Below, in pieces: positions 37,812-49,432 of a stretch of 64,000 bases of DNA. The stretch's first letter is position 1; each line of letters starts with the position of its first letter. A program made the translations under genes and the position numbers. The stretch covers positions 99,138,001 to 99,202,000 of the forward strand of contig NC_043004.1 of the NCBI RefSeq assembly GCF_006345805.1. Direction: 5' to 3'. Origin of the DNA: Octopus sinensis. Taxonomy: Eukaryota. The notes under the pieces are model-generated. The model saw only the letters and a list, made by a program, of their open reading frames with translations. It had not been told where the DNA came from and did no database searches.

Positions 37812-38020
37812 TTTTAAATTTTGGCGTAAGACCAGTTACTTCAGGGGAGGGGTTAGGTCGATTACATCGACCCCACTGCTCAAATGGTACTTTTATCGAC
37901 CCCAAAAGGATGAAATGTAATGTCGACCTTGGCAGAATTTGAACTCAGAACGTAGAGACGGACGAAATGCTGCTATAAGCATTTTCCTCAGCATGGTAAC
38001 ATTTCTGCCAGCTTGTTGCC
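37812..38020 (-). mobile_element. SINE family C, degenerate
   Basis: ATCGACCCCAAAAGGATGAAATGTAATGTCGACCTTGGCAGAATTTGAACTCAGAACGT. Confidence 0.8.
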
Positions 38021-38033
38021 TTAAAAGAAAATT

Positions 38034-38106
38034 TGGAGAACCTGGGTATCGATCCCTGCACCTCACCCATGCTAAGCAAGTGCTATACCAGTTGAGGTGA
38101 TTCCGC
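38034..38106 (-). pseudogene. tRNA-Ala(AGC) pseudogene
   Basis: 73 nt GCGGAATCACCTCAACTGGTATAGCACTTGCTTAGCATGGGTGAGGTGCAGGGATCGATACCCAGGTTCTCCA. Anticodon loop TTAGCAT and T-loop GATCGAT as in eukaryotic tRNA-Ala; D and anticodon stems broken; T4 run just downstream. Confidence 0.85.
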
Positions 38107-38668
38107 AACATCAAGGATTGTAATATTGAGTGCAGTGTGTGTGTGTGACTATGATGAGTAGTTGTTTACATCGATCCTAGTTCATCACTTGTATCTTATT
38201 TAATCGAACGTAAAAGGATCAAGGCAAGTTTTCTCACACCGGAAATTAAACTGAGAACGCAATGAGCCAGAACAAATTCCTCAAGGCATTTTTCAGCACT
38301 CTGGTGAGTCTATTAATCCATTTCCTTCAAATATCTCTTTACTGTTTAGTCGCAAAGCAAGCAATGTTGAGGAGAAGCGGTCAGTCATTGAATGAGTCCC
38401 CATAATCGACTGGTACTATAATTTACCGACCCAAAGCAGATGTAAGTTGATCGTGAAGGGATTACTACAAATAATATCGGATCCGGTTTTTAAATAGAAT
38501 TGTTTATTTCTAGTATAGACCCACGTCGTAAACTTTGTGGTGATTATCCACCCAAATGGTGGTGTGATCCTATATTTTGTAGATACTCGAAGGAGTAATG
38601 ACATGCACAGTCACGTTATTTGGAATATGTGTATATGAGAGAAGCAGAGAGAGAATGTATGTGCATGC

Positions 38669-38669
<1 letters not shown>

Positions 38670-38752
<83 letters not shown>
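38670..38752. repeat. (TG)n microsatellite
   Basis: Direct read. Confidence 0.97.
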
Positions 38753-38757
<5 letters not shown>

Positions 38758-39601
38758 AGCGTCTGTGTCTGCACATGTATTCCATATCCACGTGTAACCG
38801 AGCATGGTTTCAGCGCAGAAACTGCAAATAGAGAATCTTTAAAATGTTTTGCAAATTTTAACAAGAGATTGCATTTCCAGAAATTGAATCATATTTCTTC
38901 GCTATTTTTTAAAGAATCTTCAGTACTTCAGGGTTTTGAAGAAAATCCGATCTTACGCAGATCTCTGCACCTGTTGACAGAAGTACAAATGAAAATCTAT
39001 AGCCTGGATATAAATGCTACGAGTTTTTTTCTCTCTCACTCTGTTCTCTTCCTTAATTTTTTTTACGAAAGAGAAGAGAGAGAGAATAAGTTTAAGCTGG
39101 GTATGATCAGTATAGAAAACATATTGTAGTGCTCAAAAGAACTTAAACTTAAACTCTGGATTCTTCATGCTGTGCAAAGTCTGCGCCACCAAGAATGGCC
39201 ATAAGAGATATCCAGATCGAGCAGATATGGAGGTATCAATGACGTTAAACACAGGTTTAATATAAATATATTTCCATGGAGCACACAAAATACGGAATAA
39301 AAGTATAGAATAAGATAAGAAAATATTTAATTTCGTAACTCGACATCTGTTTCAGGAAGTCCGGAATCAAGTAGTACCCATAATATTACAAATTGCAGAT
39401 GAAATGTGCATGCAAACTATTCCGTGTGTGATACTCAATACAATGACATATTTTCTAAATAGGAATTTCGATTAGCAAGCTAGATGGAGAGAAAACAATT
39501 TGGAAGAAAATAGGTTTATCACTTCGTAAATAACCACTCTAATGTATTCCAGGACAATTTCCCATTACACGGCAAAACAAAAATGTGTGTGCCACATACA
39601 C

Positions 39602-40012
39602 TTTACTCTTTACCCTCAATTTTACTTGTTTCAGTCATATGACTGCGGCCATGCTGGAGAACCGCCTTTAGTCGAGCAAATCGACCCCGGGACTTATTCT
39701 TTGTAAGCCCAGTACTTATTCTATCGGTCTCTTTTGCCGAACCGTTAAGTAACGGGGACATAAACACACCAGCATCGGTTGTCAAGCAATGCTAGGGAGA
39801 CGAACACAGACACACAAACACACACATACATATATATGTATATATACATATATACGACATGCTTCTCTCAGTTTCCCTCTACCAAATCCACTCACAAGGC
39901 ATTGGTCGGCCCGGGGCTGTAGCAGAAGACACTTGCCCAAGATGCCACGCAGTGGGACTGAACCCGGAACCATGTGGTTGGTTAGCAAACTACTTACCAC
40001 ACAGCCACTCCT
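39602..40012 (-). mobile_element. SINE family A
   Basis: Reverse complement of 2765-3166. Confidence 0.92.
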
Positions 40013-40769
40013 CATAGTCATTAAAATTAATTATTTTCTAAAATTTTCCAATCGACCCCATCACGTTTGACGCTGCTTGCCGACCAAAACGATAAAGGTG
40101 ATATAAAGGCACAAATCCCATCTGTAACAATATATCTTAAATGTAGACGCATTTGCCCATCTTCCCTCGGTATGATCGGCTACCGATTATATATCCATGG
40201 CTCTTTTTCACATGTCATCCTTAATTTATTATTATTATGATGATTACGTAACTCCCTGTCTCCTAGAACAGCTGTCGAGTTATGAAATTATATTTTTTCT
40301 CATATATTTCTGCATTTCTAGTCTGTATTTTTTTGCGCTTCATGTAAATATGTTCATATCAAACCTAACTCCTCTATTAAATATCCCTTGCTCTCTCTCT
40401 CTATATATATATAATATACATATATATATATATATGAATATATATATAAAAAACGAAATAGAATGAAAAATCTACAGAAGATTGGTATTATATGGTTAAA
40501 AAATTATTGAAATCGTCATGTTGGGGAAATTATATAAAATTTTATGCATAGTGACATTGGTTTTGGAGAAATAACCGGTTTCGCATTTTCTTTTTAAAAT
40601 TCTCAAATTTCTTTACCGATGTTGTGTCATCTATGTATATATATGTATATATATATAAGAAAGAATGGAGTCGAACGGAGATGTTAACAAAATTCCTTTA
40701 CTCCCAGGTTTCGGTTAAACGAATTTTCCATGCTGACGATAAACATAGGATAATTCATTGACCTACTTA

Positions 40770-40888
<119 letters not shown>

Positions 40889-41067
40889 AGGGAGAGTTTA
40901 CGAAAAAAAACAAAAGACGAAGACAGGTGGTGTACAAAACACAAACACAGATATATTAGTATAACGCTCAGGAATAGAAAAAAGTCTTTTACGTTTCGAG
41001 CCTACGCTCTTCTACAGAAAGGGACATAGAAAAAACAAGGAGAGAAAAAATGTGTGTAGTGGCTAAC
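40889..41067 (-). mobile_element. Penelope-like terminal-repeat relic
   Basis: Inverted copy of 14205-14380, between (TA)n and (TATG)n; carries a hammerhead-like fold. Confidence 0.6.
40984..41025 (-). ncRNA. Minimal type I hammerhead ribozyme-like motif (variant core CUGUAGA)
   Basis: GUC(CC)UUU-CUGUAGA-A-GAGC-GUAG-GCUC-GAAA-CGU-A|AAAGAC: stem I, a 4-bp stem II, a palindromic ACGU stem III and a GUA cleavage triplet. Activity untested. Confidence 0.5.
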
Positions 41068-41073
41068 ATATAG

Positions 41074-41146
41074 ATGTATGTATGTATGTATGTATGTATG
41101 TATGTATGTATGTATGTATGTATGTATGTATGTATGTATGTATGTA
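41074..41146. repeat. (TATG)n microsatellite
   Basis: Direct read. Confidence 0.95.
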
Positions 41147-41274
41147 GTCTCCCGTCGTTAGCCGACATATGAGAGTCCGGCAATTCTTGCCGAACAACCA
41201 TACAGATGATTTTTTTATAGTGGTCAGATGTTTTTTTATACATATAAGCTCACCCACTCCATCAAATTGACATT

Positions 41275-41447
41275 ACTTGTACAGGTGCACCATGTGCCAC
41301 ATGTCAGATGGTAAAATGATCGCAGAGCAGCTTGTGAAATGAAGTACTTTGCTCAAGAACACAACGCAAGGCCCGGCGTAGGAGCCGAACCCACGGTCTC
41401 GCAGTCGTGAGTGCAACACCCTAACCACTAAGCCATGCGTCTTCTCA
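41275..41447 (-). mobile_element. SINE related to family D (head plus central domain)
   Basis: Minus strand GCATGGCTTAGTGGTTAGGGTG...GTGGGTTCGGCTCC...GTTCTTGAGCAAAGTACTTCATTTCAC. Confidence 0.75.
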
Positions 41448-41451
41448 CACA

Positions 41452-41501
<50 letters not shown>

Positions 41502-41784
41502 CACACACATATATGTATGTATACATACATATAGACAGATAGATAGATAGGTAAAAGTATGTATGTATTCTATGTATGTGTGTGATTCTATTTTTTATTG
41601 TTTTTTTTCATTATTTTTCAAATGACACATTTTTACATCCAATAACTGATTACTCGTATATATTTTAAATTATGATACTGTCATTCACGTGTAAATTTAG
41701 TTATGTAATGTGCGACAAATGCGAAACTCCGACGAGTAACAATGATTAACATTAGTACCATACATGGCCCATGTCTTGTTACCA

Positions 41785-42198
41785 TACTCTTTTGCCCTTT
41801 TTTAATTGTTTCAGTCATTTGACTGCGGCCATGCTGGAGCACCGCCTTTAGTCGAGCAAATCGACCCCGGGACTTTATTCTTTGTAAGCCCAGTACTTAT
41901 TCTATCGGCCTCTTTTGCCGAACCGCTAGGCTACGGGGACATAAACACACCAGCATCGGTTGTCAAGCAATGCTAGGGGGACAAACACAGACACACAAAC
42001 ACACACACACACATATATATATATATACATATATGCGACAGGCTTCTTTCAGTTTCCGTCTACCAAATCCACTCACAAGGCATTGGTCGGCCCGCGGCTA
42101 TAGCTGAGGACACTTGCCCAAGATGCCACGCAGTGGGACTGAACGCGGAACCATGTGGTTGGTTAGCAAGCTACTTACCACACAGCCACTCCTGCGCC
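41785..42198 (-). mobile_element. SINE family A
   Basis: Reverse complement of 2765-3166. Confidence 0.93.
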
Positions 42199-42689
42199 AT
42201 AGAATATATAACAGACCAGAATCAGCTGACAAGCATCAGAAAGGAAGTGTCCCTTTCAGCTCTTTAACTGCACTGATCAATAAATATCTTCAAACATGTA
42301 GATTACTTAGTAGCTTCACCTGAATCTGTAAGTGAATTACACCTTCACAACGATATATCTACACTACACACAGACGTATGCACAATGATAATCGTGTGCA
42401 AATTTTATTGACTATCGACTTACTTTTAACTGTATTCCAGTCTTCTAATCGGTAAGTAAGGCCCAGATTCATTCTCTGCAAATATATTTATTCACACACA
42501 GAGACATATTTACCTATATTTCTGACTTACCTAGAATCTTATTTAACTGCACGAGCATTTTTATTAGTCGTTCAACGTTCTATTAACTATAGTACGTTTC
42601 ACAACTGAAGTATCCGGTGAGCAAAGTAGAACTGCTTTCGCAAATATTTAATTGGAATATATTAACCAAACGCTGCCGACGTAGGGTCA

Positions 42690-42723
42690 TATATATATAT
42701 ATACATACATACATATATATATA

Positions 42724-42811
<88 letters not shown>

Positions 42812-42830
42812 ATGTATATGTATATGTAAA
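42690..42830. repeat. (TA)n microsatellite
   Basis: Direct read. Confidence 0.95.
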
Positions 42831-43039
42831 CCGTTGATTCTGAAATGTTATTTTCTCACCGATTTTCCACCTCCAGCATCAGTTTTCTCTTTACATTCCA
42901 TTCTGTAAAACGTCGTAGGCTTGAAATGTCCACAAATTTCTTTTATTTATCCTAAGCATCAAGCTAATACACCACTTTTGTTGAATCTCTGCATAATTTT
43001 GAAACGTGTGCATGTGTGTGTGTGTAAGTAGGTAGGTAG

Positions 43040-43064
43040 TTTAATTTATATATATATATTATAT

Positions 43065-43137
<73 letters not shown>

Positions 43138-43172
43138 GAGAGAGAGATACATACATACATATATATACATAT
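43040..43172. repeat. (TA)n-rich compound microsatellite
   Basis: Direct read. Confidence 0.9.
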
Positions 43173-43257
43173 ATAATTAAGATTCAGTTGAATTAGGTTG
43201 AGGAAGCAAGTCAGTCCGGTATCGTCCGCACAGCTCGAAGTTAGGTGAATAAAAAGG

Positions 43258-43504
43258 AAATAAGTAACTAGGATGTTCAAGTATCAGTGCATTACGCCCG
43301 TTTCAAGCGGCTCCATTTAATCGATCAATGCAAAAATTACATCAATTTGAAATAACCTACTGTGTGTTGGAAATCTATATGGTCGTATGCGTCCGAGGGG
43401 TGCAGTTTATTTCAAATTGATGTAACGTTTGCATTGATCGATTAAATGGAGCCGCTTGAAACGGCCGTAGTGCACTGATACCTAGACATCCTTCTTACTT
43501 ATTT
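43258..43504. mobile_element. Foldback/MITE-like element with 98-bp inverted arms and a 51-bp spacer
   Basis: 43258-43355 is about 90% complementary to 43407-43504. Confidence 0.85.
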
Positions 43505-44480
43505 GCTTTACACACACACACACACACACACGCACGCATTCAATTTGGAATGACTCATGGTTAACTCAAACGCTAGTAAATCTTTAAACGTGTACAAAAC
43601 AAAAATAGAGATGGTATTGGATCACTGGAGCGAATTTTTTCAAATGCTATCAAATGATACGGCGTGTAATACTATATGCAACGACATATCTTCGAAACTG
43701 GAATTTTACTTAGCAAGGCAAATGAAGAGAAGACATTTTGAACGAAAATAGCATTATCACTTTGTAATCACCCATTAATATATTTGAGGATATTTTCCCT
43801 TCACACGACAAAATGTACGTGCCAAGTTTGCAAATACTGTTCGCAGTATTACTAATGTTACTACACATTTATTAAAAATAATTAATCATTTTCTAACACC
43901 TTCCAATCGATCCCATCATGTATGACCCCACTTACCGACGGACCTAAACCATAAAGAAGGTGATATAAAGCCACAAAATCACACCGAAGCAAAGTTTTTA
44001 ATGTGTAACCGCGTCACATAGACCATAGGGATAATTGATTCGTAATGTAAAGTAAACTGCAACCATAGAAGTAGTTCTATCAGTTGAAAGTAATCGCAAA
44101 AAAGCGGAATGTTTCACAGAAAAGTGTCTACTGGTGTATCTAGCCCGAACAAAACAGTGAAATATCAAAAGTAAAATCCAGAAGAAAGGAAACTCTACCA
44201 ACATGTTAATAATTGTGGAAAACAAATAACCTGAGTATTCTGTGAGGTAAGAATAACTTACAGGTACCAGTTATACAACATAGCCAAAACAGGTATCGAA
44301 ACATTCTATATACAAAGGAAAATGCTGCAATATTACAAACAAAGCACAATCTATATATTTTAAACACATCACAAAACTCTTAAAACAATTCAGCAGAATT
44401 ATGGCGTAAATTTATCTAGTTATCATATCACACACATCAACACCAGTTTCTTATTCCTTTGGACAGTTTCCAATGAATCT

Positions 44481-44630
44481 GCCACAGTAGCTGTGTGGTA
44501 AGTAGCTTGCTTACCAACCACATGGTTCCAGGTTCATTCCCACTGCGTGGCACCTTGAGAAAGTGTCTTCTACTATAACCTCGGATTTGGTAGACGGAAA
44601 CTGAAAGAAGCTTGTCATATAAATGTATAT

Positions 44631-44661
<31 letters not shown>

Positions 44662-44878
44662 ATGTTTGTATGTCTGTGTTTGTCCCCCAACATCGCTTGA
44701 CAACCGATGGTGGTGTGTTTACGTCCCCGTAGCTTAGTTGTTTGGCAAAAGAGACCGATAGAATAAGTACTAGGCTTACAAAGAATAAGTCCTGGGGTTG
44801 ATTTGCTCGACTAAAGGCGGTGCTCCAGCATGGCCGCAGTCAAATGACTGAAACAAGTAAAAGAGAGTAAAGAGAGAG
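44481..44878 (+). mobile_element. SINE family A with an internal deletion
   Basis: Lacks the GGGCCGACCAAAGCCTTGTGAGT segment; otherwise full length. Confidence 0.9.
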
Positions 44879-46358
44879 CATAAGAGTCCCCTCTTGAAAA
44901 ATCTAGCCAGGACATATCATCCAAATGCAATTGACTTAACAGAATAGCAATAGCTGAGTTGCATAAACTAGGTTTTGCATGATATCATACACAGCGTCAG
45001 TTCCAAAAGAATGGTGGAGAATCAACAGGAAATTGCCACTGCTAGAGTGCGTCGTGTTGATTTCCTTATACTGTGCAAGTAACTGTTCATCTGTGTGATA
45101 TGGAAGGACACTATACCATGTGCCATCTCTCAACTTATAACATGTTTGAATACGCTCTGAAAATATATACGAAAGACATTCAGAAAAGTTGACATTTGCG
45201 TTAGTCTTCTCCTTTTAAGTAGGATAAACGATACGGACTTGAAGTAACCCTTAAGGTAAATTAAACATGGGGTTTATTTCTGAACGCAATAGGAATGGAG
45301 TTAATTAAGGCAGCCAAGGTCTCTTCAGGCAGCAACAACAATAAAACTCACAGACAAACATGAAACATTAGCTTCACTCATGACGTAGACTTAGTAAACA
45401 TCGAAATAGTCCTTCTTTCTCAGACAATAAAATCGTTGATGTTTTACTGTGTAATCCCAGAAATTAGTTTCCGACTAAAATCAATAAATCGCGCAAAACT
45501 CTTTTCCTGAAAGTTGACCTCAAATCCAGCTAGAAAACTGTTGAAACTCACACGTGAAAGTTAAACCCCTGCTTATAAAACCCTATAAATTCTGACTTGC
45601 TAGTTACTGAAAGATTGCAAAAAATGCTGAAATAGGTTATAATAATTGTAATCTATGAAGGTGGGTGTAGGTAAGAAACGCTTCAAACCTGTTTTGCTTT
45701 TGACCTGTAATAGCTTTCGGAGAAGATCGTACATGCAAAATTAATTAACTAATTAGATCGACAAAAGCGTTTAACAAAAGATAGAACAGCGTCTGCAACA
45801 CATCTGAATTCTGAAAAGAAGCGATTTTGTTTAATGGCTGATTGTGTATACGATAATTAAGCCTTAACATTTGAATAAGTCGATCATGCATTAATCTCAC
45901 AAATTTCTGAAAAACCTTAGCATCAGAAGTTTTGACATTTGGATCACTGATTTCGTAATACTCACCTAGTTCGTGCTTGAACACGGAAACGTAGAATCCT
46001 TATCACATTGCCACAAACTGAACTGACAACATCTGCTGCAAAATAAGGTGGGTTGTGGACAACAATTTACAACACTTCCTTCTAAATGTTGAACTATTTT
46101 CTCTATAAACCAACCAATACACAGACTCACTCGTGTATATATATATATACGACATCAAACCCACAAGAGAGACAGAGACACGCAGAAACAAGGAAAATGC
46201 CCCTTGTATTTGAATACTAAGCAAATATTCTTTTAAAAAGCTTTACATTTAATTTTTCCAAAATTTTATTGTTTACCATACTTACATTTGAAAAGGTCTC
46301 AATGACCGAAACCGGTACTAAAATGTTTTTTATAAAATTATTTTACCATTTTCTACAT

Positions 46359-46409
<51 letters not shown>

Positions 46410-46412
46410 ATA

Positions 46413-46600
46413 TATCTGTAAATGTAATATGTGACAATTATTTTTTTTCGATGGCCGGATAACTCAAGAGATAGCGGCGTGGATCTCCACCCCGACATCC
46501 GAAACTTGGAGTTTTATCATGGCTACCGAATAATTGTCACATATTACATTTACAGATAAATTCCTCTATTTACATAATATCGACGTCTCTCTCATTCTTT
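46413..46600 (+). mobile_element. Penelope-like terminal relic with a perfect 30-bp inverted repeat enclosing a hammerhead-like motif
   Basis: TATCTGTAAATGTAATATGTGACAATTATT (46413-46442) is the exact inverse of 46529-46558; GATAA-CTCAAGA...GAAAC-TTG-GAGTT-TTATC lies inside. Confidence 0.65.
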
Positions 46601-46647
46601 TGTTGTCTTACCATTTCTATCAATATATATGTGTGTGTGTGTGTGTA

Positions 46648-46802
46648 CACGAGGGTGTACTGAAAATTTCCTGGCTTTGAGAATGTTACAGGGCCTAGAA
46701 AAACTGAAGGGCTGCTGCAATGTGTGAACCTGAGAGGGAAATATAACATTACTCATCCTCCTGTATTTACTTTTACCCAAAGCAAGGAACTTTTCGCCTC
46801 CA
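46648..46802. mobile_element. Mariner-derived MITE, shortened
   Basis: CACGAGGGTGTACTGAAAATTTCCTGGCTTT; interior similar to 25023-25240. Confidence 0.7.
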
Positions 46803-46854
46803 CCTAGTTTATATGGCTATATAGATATATATGTATATGCATATATATTCTGGC

Positions 46855-47010
46855 CAAATCGTTAGCAGGCCTTTGCGAAACGCTTCGAAATATTTCGTCA
46901 GTCTTTGTTTTGAGTTTAAATTCCGCCGAGGTCAACTTTGCCTTTCATTCTTTTGGGGTCGATAAAATAAAATAAGTACCAGTGAGACACTGGTGTCTAT
47001 GTAACTGTTC
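46855..47010 (+). mobile_element. SINE family C, degenerate
   Basis: TTCCGCCGAGGTCAACTTTGCCTTTCATTCTTTTGGGGTCGATAAA. Confidence 0.8.
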
Positions 47011-47873
47011 CTGGGTAAAAGTATAAAAAACGAACCCCGCTGCGAAGCCATGTTATGCCAGTGTGACAGAGTAAGCTCATCAAAACGGTATGATCTTTTG
47101 GTTAAAAACAACAAGCGGAGGCATTTATCTAGCAGTGGACAGATTACAGACAATCCTTTCCAACACACACACACACACCACCACACACACACACACGCAC
47201 ACACACACGCACACGCACACACACACACACACACACACAAGAAAGTCAAGCAAGACTATATTACAAATACCTGTCAGTCGGCAATATTAGTATTTAATGG
47301 TAAAATTTGAAATATATATATTTTTTAGTTTGTATGCGATTTGAAAACGCACATACGACATTTCGGAAATAGTGCTTCTTCATGGAGAAAAAGAAACATG
47401 TTTTCTTCATTCTGAATCCAATATAGCTCTGGGAATCAATTTTGTCAGGATATGGTAGTAGTAATATCTATTCAAGAGCGGAGAAGTCGGGGGAGAAAAG
47501 TGGCAAGAGAGAGAGAGAGGGAGGAGAAGAGAGATTGAGAGAGTGTGTGAGAGGGGTTAGTGAATGAAGAGAAGAGGTATGATTAAAGAGAGAACATTGA
47601 TAGAAAACAGAGAAGGGAAGAGGATTTGGGAAAGAATGAGGTGGAAACAGATTAAATGCAACAAAACCAGAGGAGAATTAGAAACCAAGAAAGTGTTGTT
47701 CAGGCTAGTGACTGTAATAGGAAATTTACATCTACAGTGTTCATACCCACGCGTGCGCGAGCAAACACACATACATACACTTTAGTAGATAGCAGATAAC
47801 CGCACACATAGATAGTAGGAATACATATTGTTTATATATACGTATATAAGAATGTGTATATATATATACATAT

Positions 47874-48188
47874 GTGGAGGCGCAATGGCCCAGTGGTTAG
47901 GGCAGCGGACTCGCGGTCATAGGATCGCGGTTTCAATTCCCAGACCGGGTGTTGTGAGTGTTTATTGAGCGAAAACACCTAAAAGCTCCACGAGGCTCCG
48001 GCAGGGGATGGTGGTGAACCCTGCTGTACTCTTTCACCACAACTTTCCCTCACTCTTTCTTCTGTTGGCCTGCTCGCTTAGCCAGCGGGGTGGCGTCATT
48101 TGAAGGCTAAAACAATGCAAAGTGCATTGTGACCAGCGATGTATAACAACATCTGATAGCCTGGTCGGTCACGGTGATCACGGTGATA
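47874..48188 (+). mobile_element. SINE family B3 (B1 head and middle, different 3' tail ending in a CACGGTGAT duplication)
   Basis: Nearly identical to B1 up to CTCACTCTT, then diverges. Confidence 0.9.
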
Positions 48189-48191
48189 TAA

Positions 48192-48257
<66 letters not shown>

Positions 48258-49091
48258 GGTTACACAAAGACATGGACAATAGAAACTATAATACTAACAT
48301 CCGTGTCTTTATTTGTGCACCCTCATTAGTATTATAAGTATGGTAAAATGAAACTGAATACGATTGCAGCAAATATATGAAACGTAAACGTAAACAAAAA
48401 TAAAGGTAAACGTATTTTAGAGAAAGTAATTAGCAAAACATTCATACATAAAATCAGGTGAGGAATGATTTACAAGAAAAGCAGAGGAGACTCCCAGTTA
48501 GACTTAGGGGCATGATTTTCTGGGTCGGAGCATATGATATTGTGTGTTTGTGCCGTCTAGAGAATATCCCATGGAGGGTGAACATTTTTGATACGAAAAG
48601 GCAGTTAATAAAACGGTTGTCTGTACTGAAATGGCAGGTGATGTCTTGGTATAGAATACATTTCAGAGCACGAGGAAGTCTATCTCGAAAGCAATTCTCC
48701 AGGCGACGAACTGTTTAACCAGAGGGCACCGCAGAGGGTACTATGGGGCTTAGAAGTGATACAGCATGTGACGTAAGCGGATGTACAGCTGAAGCCGTAG
48801 ATGATTGGTACGAAGATAGTGGGCTAGTGATTGCAATGACGTTATAGTACTAAGTTTAGGTGTGAAATAATTATAAAGCACATTCGAATGTCTTGATTTA
48901 GTGTGGCTAAGAGTTTGAAAGCTTTTATACTACCAATTAATATCGATAGAATATCAAGAAATATACCTAAACTTCACCTTTTAATGGTGTTATTTTTAAT
49001 AGTTGCGGCTCAGTAGGATAGCAGTGCTCATAGCTATTTGTTACTACTTAGAATCCATTATTAAATATTCCAATAGAGAACAACTAGAAAA

Positions 49092-49432
49092 ATATTGGTT
49101 TCAAATTTTGGCACAAGACCAGTAAGTTTGGGGTAGGTTGTAAGTGGATAACATCAACCCCAGTGTTGAACTGGTACTTATTTTATTGACCCCGAAAGGA
49201 TGAAAAGCAAAATCAGCCTTGGCGGAATTTGAACACTGAAGATAACGACGGACGATGCGACTAAAAAATACTGGTTTCAAATTTTGGAACAATGCCAGCA
49301 ATTTGGGTGGGTGGCAGGTCGATTAGATCGACCCTAGTGCTCAACTGCTACTTATTTTATCAATCCGAAAGAATGAAAGGCAAAGTCAACTTCGGTGAAG
49401 TGCGAACTCAGAACGTAAAATCAGACGATACA
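49092..49432 (-). mobile_element. Two adjacent degenerate SINE family C copies
   Basis: GGTTTCAAATTTTGG...GACCCCGAAAGGATGAAAAGCAAA occurs twice (about 49092 and 49265). Confidence 0.8.

Noticed and set aside
40690-40760. Possible further hammerhead relic on minus (…AACCGAAACCTGGGAGTAAAGG)
   Set aside because: The CUGANGA box is unrecognisable, so the fold cannot be supported.
48458-48830. Moderately GC-rich stretch with open frames on both strands
   Set aside because: No recognisable gag, pol or host motif and no clear splice boundaries.
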